From Candidatus Woesearchaeota archaeon (GTDB lineage Archaea > Nanobdellota > Nanobdellia > Woesearchaeales > UBA583): a stretch of DNA of 64,000 nt. Where the stretch lies: contig OZ242164.1 in the NCBI GenBank assembly GCA_965205335.1, positions 800,001-864,000 of the forward strand, in the 5' to 3' direction. The notes below the pieces were generated by a model, which was given only the letters and a program-made list of their open reading frames with translations, was not told where the DNA came from and did not search any database. Of this stretch, positions 21,034-29,798 are shown in pieces (position 1 is the stretch's first letter; every line of letters starts with the position of its first letter). Both the position numbers and the translations under genes were made by a program.

Positions 21034-21795
21034 ATGAAAAAAAATAAAAGAATAGTAGTTACGGTAAGTGGATACTTTGACCCTCTTCATATAGGACATT
21101 TAGAATATTTGGAAAAAGCGAAGCAATTAGGGACTTATCTTGTTGTCATTTTAAACAATAATCACCAAGCAAGACTTAAAAAAGGTAAAGAATTTATGGA
21201 TGAATTAGAAAGAAAGAAGATATTGGAGTCAGTTATTTACGTTGATGAGGTATTTATAAGCATTGATAAAGACAGAACAGTATGCGAATCTCTAAGAGCA
21301 GTAAAACCACAAATTTTTGCAAACGGAGGAGACAGGAACAATCAGGAAATACCCGAAAGTGCTGTTTGCAGAGAATATGGGATTGAACTTGTAGATGGTC
21401 TCGGCACTAAAATCCAGTCATCTTCCAACCTTATAGGTTCTGCGAGATATTTGGAAATTGGAAATAGACCATGGGGTTCCTATTTTGTGCTTGAGCAGAG
21501 AGAAGGTTACAAAGTCAAGCGTTTACTTATTCATCCAAAGGGAAGACTATCCTTGCAGTCACACAAAAAAAGAGAAGAACATTGGGTAGTCACGAATGGA
21601 ACTGCAAAAATAACATTAGATGATAAAAAATTAGAATTAAAAAAAGGAGAAAGTATAACTATTCCAAAGCAATCAAAACATAGAATTGAAAACGAAGGAG
21701 ATTCTCTTCTTGAAATAATAGAAGTGCAGATAGGAGAGTATTTAGGAGAGGATGATATTACTCGTTATGAAGATTTTTACGGAAGAGTGAAATAA
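21034..21795 (+). CDS. Cytidylyl/adenylyltransferase fused to a type II phosphomannose-isomerase cupin
   Basis: GYFDPLHIGH, NGGDR, KIQSSS; then RPWGSY, LSLQSH, EHW, HRIEN, EVQIGEYLGEDDI. Confidence 0.85.
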   Translation: MKKNKRIVVTVSGYFDPLHIGHLEYLEKAKQLGTYLVVILNNNHQARLKKGKEFMDELERKKILESVIYVDEVFISIDKDRTVCESLRAVKPQIFANGGDRNNQEIPESAVCREYGIELVDGLGTKIQSSSNLIGSARYLEIGNRPWGSYFVLEQREGYKVKRLLIHPKGRLSLQSHKKREEHWVVTNGTAKITLDDKKLELKKGESITIPKQSKHRIENEGDSLLEIIEVQIGEYLGEDDITRYEDFYGRVK

Positions 21796-21925
21796 GTATT
21801 AATTACTAGGAGTTAAGATAGTTATTAATTACATAGAAAACTTAGATTAAATATGTATGATTTTTATATGACACACTTTCTTATAACAAAATTTATAAAC
21901 ATCTTAAAACTTGATTTCTATATAA

Positions 21926-24900
21926 ATGACTAAAAGCAATGTTTCAAAGAAAAAACTAACTTCTAATGAGAATGCTTCCAAAGTAGAATTTAGAACCATA
22001 AATACCAACATTCTCAAAAAATTACTACCTGTTATTTTAATCTTAGTAGTTATGAGTGTGGGATTTTTTGTAAGATCAGGACCAGTCAGTTTGGATGGAC
22101 TTGAAGAGAGAGTTGAAGCAAGTGTACACCTGCAAATTCAGAACATAATCAGTTCACAAATTGAAGCAAATTATCCGAACCTAAATGACATAAACAGGCA
22201 AGAATTAGTAAATAAGGAACTTCAAAAAGTAATTGAAACAGGCGATTTAAGTATAATTGGAGAAAGTGCAAATTTGAATGAAATTGTCAGAACTCAGAGC
22301 GAAAATATCAAAGAATTATTTAAAGCAGACAATGGGCAGACATACTTAAATGCAATTGATCCTTACTTTTTTTTAGGTTTAAGTGAAAATTACTTAGAAA
22401 ATGGACATACTGGAACATCACTTAAAAATATTAATGGAAAAGAGGTACCCTGGGTTGATCTCAGATTAGCTCCAGTAGGTGGTAGTGGAACTTATGAACC
22501 AGAGTTTCACATATGGCTTGAAAGTAATCTATTTAAATTAAGCGGAGTGGATGAAAACTCAGATATTGGAGAAAAAACCAGAGTTATTTTTCTACTTTCA
22601 GTAATTCTTGCAATTTTATGTTCAATCCCTGTGTTTTTAATTATAAGACAGTACTCAAATGATTTAATTGCATTTCTTGGTTCACTGCTCTTAGTTTCAA
22701 TAGGAACATTTGTATCAAGAACCATTGCTGGATTTGTAGATACGGACGCATATAATATCTTATTTCCTCTAATAATTGTTACTTTCTTAGTATATGCACT
22801 TGCTATAAAGGATTTCAGATGGAGAATATTTTTGGGATGTCTTGCTGGGCTTTCCCAAGCTATATTTTTATGGGCATGGGGAAGTGGTTGGTTTATATTT
22901 TTGTTCACATCAATTTCCTTGATTGGATACTTGATTTACCTAGTCATATTAGGATTTTTAGATGCAAAAGAATCTCCCAAAGCCAAAGATACAATGCATT
23001 TTAAAAGCATTATCACAAGAGAAAATCCAATTAATAATGTAGTAATCACATTAATTGGATTCTTAATTTCTTCTGCAATATTTAATTATCTAATAAATTC
23101 AGCGAACATTTTCAAATTAACATTCAATGGTTTGTTCGGATCTCTGTCAGGACTTGCATCAATTTCCCAATCCAATATCTGGCCAAATGTTTTCTCCTCA
23201 GTTGCAGAATTAAATCCCGCATCATTTGATTCAATAATTAGTTCTGTTGGAGGAAAAATCGTTTTTCTAATTGCAATGATGGGACTTGTAATGCTATCTA
23301 TTGATTTCAAATCCAAAACATCTAAACATATCATTGCAAGAAGAATCCTTTTACTATTTTCAGTTATATGGTTCTCCTTTATAATATGGGGTAACTTTTT
23401 AGAATCTTTTATCGCAAACACACCTTATATATTTTTAATATTATTAATGCTTCCAGTTGGAGTTGGGTTATTATTAAGTCTTCTTAACTCAAATAATTCA
23501 AATAAAATTTTCCTTACAATGTTACTATCAATTTGGGTTGCAGGAACAATCTTTATGAGTTTAAATGGAGTTAGATTTATCTTATTATTAGCCCCCACAT
23601 TTGCAATCTCATTTGCTATGGGACTTTATTATATTGCTACATATATTAATAAATTTATTGCAGGTGAAACAAGTATTAAAGGTAATTTGGGTAAGATTAT
23701 CCCTGGATATGTAATTATTTTAGTCATATTCTTAGTTATCTTTGTACCTATCTTTCAAAACGCTAATGCAATTTCAAAAGGAACAACCCCTAATTTTGAT
23801 GATGCATGGTATGGTGCAATGTACAAAGTAAGGGACAATTCAAGTGAAGATGCAATAATTACGTCTTGGTGGGATTTTGGACATTTCTTTGTAGCAATTG
23901 GTGAGAGAGGAGTTACATTTGATGGAGCATCACAAACAACCCCAAGATCTCATTGGGTTGGAAAATTACTTCTTGAATCAGATGAGCAGAAATCACATGA
24001 CATTTTAAGAATGCTTGTTTGTGGAGGAAATGAAGCCCATAATATTATGCTCAACATAACTAATGGTGATAATTCTGATGCGGTAAAAATAAATAAAATT
24101 ATCTATTCAACTCTTGGAGAGAATATTTCAAATACAAGAGTAATTATTGAAAACAATGAATATTATGATTTCACTCAAAGTCAGATTGATGAAATTATGA
24201 ATTTATTAGCATGTGATGTTCCTTCTCAAAACTTCCTTATCACATCTGGAGATATGGTTGGCAAGGCAGGAGTGTGGGCTCATTGGGGAAGTTGGGATTT
24301 TACAAAAAAATATGTTCATGACAATTACAAATTAAAATCAGCACAAGAAATTGCCAATTTAATTGATGAAGATTTAACTCTTATTGACAAACACATTAAT
24401 GAATTAAAAGATATAGACATAAGAGCAACCACAGAGAATATAAAAAGAGAAGACTTGACAAATCAATGGTTTGCTCCATATCCTTCATATATTCCGCTTT
24501 CTGGAAGATATACTTATCCTTGCTCATTTGATAACGGTTCTTTGGTTTGTCAAAATGGCATAGAGATAGATTCAATTACAGGAAATATAACATCCCAGTT
24601 TAATGAACAGGTTAAATTCAAGAACTTAATCTTTCCGCAAGCGGATGGAAATCTTAGAATTGTAGAGCAAGATTCAGATGGTGATATTGATATTGTCTTA
24701 GTTCCAAGCTATAATGGATTTGAAGCTTTATTAGCTCAGAATCCGTTGGGTTCATCTCTATTTACAAAATTATATTATCTTGATGGTTATGGAACAAATT
24801 TATTTGAAAAATTTGATGACAAGCAATCTGCAACAGGCGTTAGAATTAAAACATGGGAAACGTTATGGAATAAAACAGAAACAGAGGAGAATTTAAACGA

Positions 24901-25009
24901 GATAGATTTAGATAATATTGAATTTGAAGTAAACACAGAAAATTTGACAAAAAATACTGATGAAGAACTGATGAAAGAATATAATGAATCTCTAAACTCA
25001 TCTAATTAA
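21926..25009 (+). CDS. aglB: Oligosaccharyltransferase AglB (STT3)
   Basis: WWDFG, DMVGK (DxxK), AIDPY, DTD, SVAE motifs; multi-TM N-terminus. Confidence 0.95.
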   Translation: MTKSNVSKKKLTSNENASKVEFRTINTNILKKLLPVILILVVMSVGFFVRSGPVSLDGLEERVEASVHLQIQNIISSQIEANYPNLNDINRQELVNKELQKVIETGDLSIIGESANLNEIVRTQSENIKELFKADNGQTYLNAIDPYFFLGLSENYLENGHTGTSLKNINGKEVPWVDLRLAPVGGSGTYEPEFHIWLESNLFKLSGVDENSDIGEKTRVIFLLSVILAILCSIPVFLIIRQYSNDLIAFLGSLLLVSIGTFVSRTIAGFVDTDAYNILFPLIIVTFLVYALAIKDFRWRIFLGCLAGLSQAIFLWAWGSGWFIFLFTSISLIGYLIYLVILGFLDAKESPKAKDTMHFKSIITRENPINNVVITLIGFLISSAIFNYLINSANIFKLTFNGLFGSLSGLASISQSNIWPNVFSSVAELNPASFDSIISSVGGKIVFLIAMMGLVMLSIDFKSKTSKHIIARRILLLFSVIWFSFIIWGNFLESFIANTPYIFLILLMLPVGVGLLLSLLNSNNSNKIFLTMLLSIWVAGTIFMSLNGVRFILLLAPTFAISFAMGLYYIATYINKFIAGETSIKGNLGKIIPGYVIILVIFLVIFVPIFQNANAISKGTTPNFDDAWYGAMYKVRDNSSEDAIITSWWDFGHFFVAIGERGVTFDGASQTTPRSHWVGKLLLESDEQKSHDILRMLVCGGNEAHNIMLNITNGDNSDAVKINKIIYSTLGENISNTRVIIENNEYYDFTQSQIDEIMNLLACDVPSQNFLITSGDMVGKAGVWAHWGSWDFTKKYVHDNYKLKSAQEIANLIDEDLTLIDKHINELKDIDIRATTENIKREDLTNQWFAPYPSYIPLSGRYTYPCSFDNGSLVCQNGIEIDSITGNITSQFNEQVKFKNLIFPQADGNLRIVEQDSDGDIDIVLVPSYNGFEALLAQNPLGSSLFTKLYYLDGYGTNLFEKFDDKQSATGVRIKTWETLWNKTETEENLNEIDLDNIEFEVNTENLTKNTDEELMKEYNESLNSSN

Positions 25010-25012
25010 TAT

Positions 25013-26365
25013 TTAAATCAATTCATTTAGAAAATCTAAAGTGATCTTTTCATATAGTTTCACATCCTCACTGGTTTTAGCCTCAAACCTTGTAGTTATC
25101 TTAGGAGAAGTATTAGACGCTCTGACAAGTCCCCAACCATTCTCGAACTCAACACGTGCTCCATCAATAGTTATTATATCCTTAATTCTAATTGGAAAAT
25201 TATTCTTAGCCTTTTCAATAAATGACTTAATCACTCCAAACTTTTTATTCTCTGCAATCTTAATTGTAATCTCCTCTGTTGAATGAACCTTAGGTATAAA
25301 CTCAAGTTCCTTCTTAAAATCAACTCCTTTATATACGAGTTCCAAAACTCTTAGAGTATTATAAAAACCATCATCATACCCAAAATACTTATCATTAAAA
25401 AACATATGCCCTGAAAGTTCAGTTGCAAAACTTGCATTAATTTCCTTAATTTTCATCTTCAAATTACTATGCCCTACCTTGCACATAACTGCTTTTCCAA
25501 TTTTATTAATCTCATCATACATAACATCTGAACACTTAACCTCTCCAATAACAGTTGGGTTATCCATATGCTTTGCAATAATTATCGCTAAAATATCGGG
25601 TTTAATTATAATCCCATCAATTAAAACATAGAACCTGTCACAATCCCCATCATATGCAAAACCTATATCAAAATCATCTTTCCTAAATTCCTCCTCAATG
25701 AACCTAAGATTCTCACGAACAAGAGGGTCAGGCTGGTGATTTGGAAATGTCCCATTCATCTCTTCAAATAAAATCTTAGCGTTTAAATTAAACATATCAG
25801 CCAAATTTCTTACATAAGGACCTCCCATTCCATTACCACAATCAAAAATCAATCTCTTATTCAGACCTTTCAAAAAACTAAACTCTTTCTCCAAAAACTC
25901 GATATACTTTAAATTAATATCTGACTCCATAAATTTATGATTATCCTGTATTTCCAAAGAACTGTTAATTACTTTCTTGCCTAACTCTTCAATATCCTTT
26001 CCAAAAAAAGGCTTATTATCAATTGTTATCTTAAATCCATTATCCTGAGGAGGATTATGAGATCCGGTAATCATGATAGATGAACCAATATTCACACCTT
26101 CATATTTCTGATACGTGGCATAATAAGCAGTTGGAGTTGCAACAAGTCCTAAATTAATAACTTTAAGCCCTGTCTTGTTTAAACCAGAAATAAGCCATTT
26201 AAACAATTGCTCAGAATGTGTTCTGCAGTCATATCCCACTGCAACAAGATTCCCCATTTTCTTAATCTCAAGCCCAGAATAATAACCAATATTCTTAACG
26301 GTTTTCTCATCCAAATCCGAAGGGAAAACTCCTCTTATATCATACTCTCTAAAAATATAACTCAT
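25013..26365 (-). CDS. Phosphomannomutase/phosphoglucomutase (AlgC-like)
   Basis: FREYDIRG, ITGSHNP, YDGDCDR, ELSGH, RASNT. Confidence 0.93.
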   Translation of the reverse strand: MSYIFREYDIRGVFPSDLDEKTVKNIGYYSGLEIKKMGNLVAVGYDCRTHSEQLFKWLISGLNKTGLKVINLGLVATPTAYYATYQKYEGVNIGSSIMITGSHNPPQDNGFKITIDNKPFFGKDIEELGKKVINSSLEIQDNHKFMESDINLKYIEFLEKEFSFLKGLNKRLIFDCGNGMGGPYVRNLADMFNLNAKILFEEMNGTFPNHQPDPLVRENLRFIEEEFRKDDFDIGFAYDGDCDRFYVLIDGIIIKPDILAIIIAKHMDNPTVIGEVKCSDVMYDEINKIGKAVMCKVGHSNLKMKIKEINASFATELSGHMFFNDKYFGYDDGFYNTLRVLELVYKGVDFKKELEFIPKVHSTEEITIKIAENKKFGVIKSFIEKAKNNFPIRIKDIITIDGARVEFENGWGLVRASNTSPKITTRFEAKTSEDVKLYEKITLDFLNELI

Positions 26366-27198
26366 TTTTGTTCCTTTTCTCTTAAATCATAAAAATAATT
26401 AGTTGCTTCAACAAACCCATGTATTGAGCCGCAATCAAATCTCTTCCCTTCTAACTTATATGCAACAACCTTTCCTTTCTTTGCCTGTTCTAAAATTGCA
26501 TCAGTTAATTGAACTTCTCCTTTTGAATCAGGTTTTGTGTTCTTTAGAATTTCAAAGATGTCAGGCGTTAAAATATACCTGCCAATAATTCCAAGATTTG
26601 ATGGAGCACCCTCAGGAGAAGGTTTCTCAACCATATTATCTACTTTTGTAATACCATTCCCAACAGATTTACCAGAAACAATTCCATACTTAGATATTTC
26701 ATCAAAGGGAACTTCTTCAACCAAAACAACACTGCACTTATATCTCTTGTAAACATTTATCATCTCTTTTAAAGTGCAGTGAGTATTGTCTTTTCCAATG
26801 CACACATCATCCGATAAAATCACAGCAAAAGGTTCGTTGCCAACGAGGGTTTCTCCTTTTAAAACAGCATCTCCTAAACCTAACATTTGGTTTTGTCTTG
26901 TATATGAGAAAGTGCACTCCTCAACAATCCTTTTAATACCCTCTAAAAGACATTCCTTTGATGAACCGTTTAACTGACTTTCAAGTTCATAATTATTATC
27001 AAAGTGGTCCTCAATTGCCCTCTTACCCCTACCAGTAACAATTGCAATCTGACGAATATTAGCACACATTGCCTCCTCAACTCCATACTGAATTAAGGGC
27101 TTGTCTACTAATGGGAGCATCTCTTTTGGCATAGCCTTTGTTGCAGGGAGAAAACGAGTTCCATACCCTGCAGCAGGAAATAAACATTTCTTAATCAT
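26362..27198 (-). CDS. galU: UTP-glucose-1-phosphate uridylyltransferase
   Basis: PAAGYGTRFLPATKAMPKEMLP, GLGDAV, VEKP, QLTDA. Confidence 0.95.
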   Translation of the reverse strand: MIKKCLFPAAGYGTRFLPATKAMPKEMLPLVDKPLIQYGVEEAMCANIRQIAIVTGRGKRAIEDHFDNNYELESQLNGSSKECLLEGIKRIVEECTFSYTRQNQMLGLGDAVLKGETLVGNEPFAVILSDDVCIGKDNTHCTLKEMINVYKRYKCSVVLVEEVPFDEISKYGIVSGKSVGNGITKVDNMVEKPSPEGAPSNLGIIGRYILTPDIFEILKNTKPDSKGEVQLTDAILEQAKKGKVVAYKLEGKRFDCGSIHGFVEATNYFYDLREKEQK

Positions 27199-27254
27199 TT
27201 TCTATCTTATGAAAACAAAAGATAAACTTTAATTTATAAATCTTTATGAATATT

Positions 27255-27290
27255 GGTTCTGTCCGGAAATTCAAATTTAAGAATTAATAA
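27255..27290 (+). mobile_element. Orphan IS end related to the transposase-upstream end of the IS at 19885-20914
   Basis: GGTTCTGTCCGGAAATTCAAATTTAAGAATTAATAA matches the reverse complement of 20879-20914 at 32/36. Confidence 0.8.
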
Positions 27291-27320
27291 CTTGAAACAA
27301 CAACTTTTAATTTTGAAACT

Positions 27321-27447
27321 TTTCCACATCATATACACTTGTAAACAAACCACAACGAATCATATCATTTTAGGTATTTTTTTGTTATTTCCACTGTATA
27401 CACTCATAAACAAACTATAACAAATTGTATCATTTTAGGAGTTTTTT
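27321..27447. repeat. Diverged ~60-bp tandem repeat (27321-27382 / 27388-27447)
   Basis: Both units read TTTCCAC..TATACACT..TAAACAAAC.A.AAC.AAT..TATCATTTTAGG..TTTTT. Confidence 0.75.
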
Positions 27448-27569
27448 CATCCTGAAATCAATTTTTGATATTTTCTCCCTTGATTATCTTTAGAATTTTG
27501 ATGTTTATAAAGATATTTATTTGTGGGTTCTGTTAAGTTTTAGTCACCTACCCAAAAACAACCAGAACC

Positions 27570-28581
27570 TTATTTCTTTACCCCCAAAAACTTTCTTTAC
27601 TACTCCCAAAAAAACTTATGTTTTAGGAATAACTAAAAAAGATTGTGATGAAGATGAATGCGAAAATTCTAAACAAGATTTTCCAGTATTTACTTATTTA
27701 GTTTTTAATATTGGTGAAACATTAGATGTTAATAGGTTTGAAATTCCTAAAAATGATTTAGATAATGCAAAGAACTTGTTTAATCAATTCAAAGGAAGCC
27801 CAAATAATTTTCAAACAGATGATCTGAGATGTAAATTACAATCTATTAAAAAGTTTGAAAATGAAAAATATTGGCTTATTGATAAATGGTGGAGTAAGGA
27901 AGAAAAAATTAAACTTGGCATTGAAAAAAAAGAGAATATTGTTTCTATTGAAGAATTTAAAGAGGAAATTCAAGTTCTTTCTCTAAAACTTGTAGAATGT
28001 AAATCTCTTTTAGATGAGATGAAAGTTGGTATTAACGATAAATACAAAACAAAATCTATTTCCATAATAGAAATTTTTGATACTGAAAAAGGAAATGCGA
28101 AATATACAAAAAATATATGTATAATCACAAAGGTAAATTTCCAGTTTATTCTTCTCAAACTTCAAATTTAGGGGAAATAGGAAGTATTGACACTTATGAT
28201 TATAATGAAGAATGTTTTACTTGGACAACAGACGGAACTTATGTTGGGAGAGTGTTTTATAGAAATAATAAATTCTCAATTACTACTCATTGTGGGATTT
28301 TGAGAGTTAAACCTGAATATAAGAATAAAGTTAATTTTGAGTATATGAATTTCATATTAAACCAAACACTCCCTAATTATAGATAGGGAGAGGGTTCTAA
28401 TAAGAGATTAGGGACTGAAAGAATGAAAGAAGTCCAAATTAAAATCCCAATAAATGAAAAAGGGGAGTTTGATTTGAATATGCAAAGAGAAATAGCAGAA
28501 AAATATAACAAAATTGAACAAATTAAAGAAAAATTAAATAAAAGTTATGAAAAAAATAATAAATTTAAATGTCAAGATATA
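27570..28581 (+). pseudogene. 3' remnant of a restriction-modification M-S fusion (N6-MTase tail plus HsdS-type TRD)
   Basis: ISLPPKTFFTT...YVL; FPVYSSQT, TWTTDGTYVG, IKIP...QREIAEK; frameshift near 28110, in-frame TAG at 28384, further frameshift near 28550. Confidence 0.75.
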
Positions 28582-28767
28582 AGCACCCGACACTTAACAA
28601 ATTAGAAAAAGCACCCTAATTTTGAACAGAACCGTATATAAAGATGAATTAAGTGTAAGAGTGCTTATTAGGATATTCAGAAAAGGTAGTGAGAAAAAAT
28701 TAAATATCAGTAGTTCTTTTAATACTTAGAGTTATCTTCTTTCAGATAATTTTATAAATTATCACTT

Positions 28768-28783
28768 CTTAGTAATTACTAAG
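28768..28783. promoter_or_regulatory. Perfect 16-bp palindrome CTTAGTAATTACTAAG, putative operator
   Basis: Lies between TATA TTTATAAA (28751-28758) and the Panacea gene start. Confidence 0.6.
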
Positions 28784-28826
28784 TGGTTAAACACTTTTAT
28801 ATTACTTTTTTAAGGTGTATGAAAAT

Positions 28827-29342
28827 ATGAACATGTCTTTCAATGAGGAAAAATTCAAATCTGTTTTACATTATATTATAAAAGAGACAAGTAATATTCA
28901 AAAAGTCTTCAAAACTTCATTATATAAAATGTTGTATTTTTCTGATTTTAACTTTTACGAGAAACATAATAAATTAATAACAGGTGAGATATATAAAAAA
29001 TTACCTCGTGGACCTGCCCCCATTCATTTTCAAAAAGTTATTGATGAATTAAAGAAAGAAAATAAAGTTAGGGAACTCAGAGTAACATTTCCCGATAATA
29101 AACAAGGACATAAATTCATATCCTTGATTGAACCTCATTATAATTTAACTTCTGAGGAAATAAACGAAATTGATAACACCATAAAATTATTGAGTTCAAT
29201 GTCTTCAACACAAGTAAGTGAATATTCTCATGGAGATACGCCTTGGAAAGTGGCTAAGGATAAAAATAATCTAGACCCTGAATATGTTTTTTATAGAATT
29301 CCCCTTTATTCTGCAAGAGAACAAGAAAATGAGAATATCTGA
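28827..29342 (+). CDS. Panacea (SocA/DUF4065) antitoxin-domain protein
   Basis: LYKMLYFSDF, ITGEIY, RGPAP, SEYSH..TPW. Confidence 0.85.
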   Translation: MNMSFNEEKFKSVLHYIIKETSNIQKVFKTSLYKMLYFSDFNFYEKHNKLITGEIYKKLPRGPAPIHFQKVIDELKKENKVRELRVTFPDNKQGHKFISLIEPHYNLTSEEINEIDNTIKLLSSMSSTQVSEYSHGDTPWKVAKDKNNLDPEYVFYRIPLYSAREQENENI

Positions 29343-29688
29343 AATTATTGAATTAGATGAGGCTAAAAAAGATTTAGAATTTCTCTCTAAGAAATATAAA
29401 CATTCTTTTAAAGATGATTACAAAAGATTTAAAACAATTGTTTTTAGTGATGAAGAATTTCAAGAGATTGAAAGAGTTTCCATTAAGCACGCTAATACAA
29501 GATGTAATAAGAAAACATTTTATAAATATAAAAAATTTAGATGTAGAGAGTTACAAAGTACTTCTTCATTTAGAGTTATATATTTTATAATTGACGGAAT
29601 ATTTTATTTAGTTGAAATATATTGTAAAAAACAAAAACAAAATGCTGATTATAAAAGGTTCAAGAAATATTGTGAATTATATAATTAA
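29329..29688 (+). CDS. Putative RelE-like toxin
   Basis: Overlaps the antitoxin stop; basic; AKKDLEFL.KKY, YKYKKFRC, FRVIY, VEIYCK pattern. Confidence 0.6.
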   Translation: MRISEIIELDEAKKDLEFLSKKYKHSFKDDYKRFKTIVFSDEEFQEIERVSIKHANTRCNKKTFYKYKKFRCRELQSTSSFRVIYFIIDGIFYLVEIYCKKQKQNADYKRFKKYCELYN

Positions 29689-29759
29689 CTCTCTCTCATC
29701 GCCATCTAAAAATTATGAAAAAATATCAGGTATCTAAAAATTAACAGAACCCATTAATC

Positions 29760-29773
29760 CAAATATTTATAAT
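29760..29773 (+). promoter_or_regulatory. BRE-TATA (CAAATA-TTTATAAT) of the citrate-lyase operon
   Basis: TATA begins 33 nt before the ATG at 29799. Confidence 0.65.
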
Positions 29774-29798
29774 ACATAAATGGCTTGATTTTTCAGAG

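Larger units (their letters stand above)
27526..29751. mobile_element. Transposase-less segment bounded by inverted IS-like ends (GGTTCTGTTAA...)
   Basis: 27524-27549 and the reverse complement of 29728-29753 match 23/26; further GGTTCTG-type ends finish at 27569 and 28633; no TSD. Confidence 0.6.

Noticed and set aside
27321-27447. Possible CRISPR array
   Set aside because: Only two diverged ~60-bp units, no spacer, and no cas genes in the window
27521-27569. Start of the 216-aa ORF
   Set aside because: Derived from IS-end sequence; the RM gene is 5'-truncated
3749-28386. Stop-codon recoding suggested by in-frame TAA (3749) and TAG (28384)
   Set aside because: All three stops terminate intact genes elsewhere in the window; the lesions are confined to decaying genes
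28616-28655. IS-like end at 28633 as another TATA-anchored insertion
   Set aside because: 14 bp downstream is ATTAAGTG, not a convincing TATA; not counted as support
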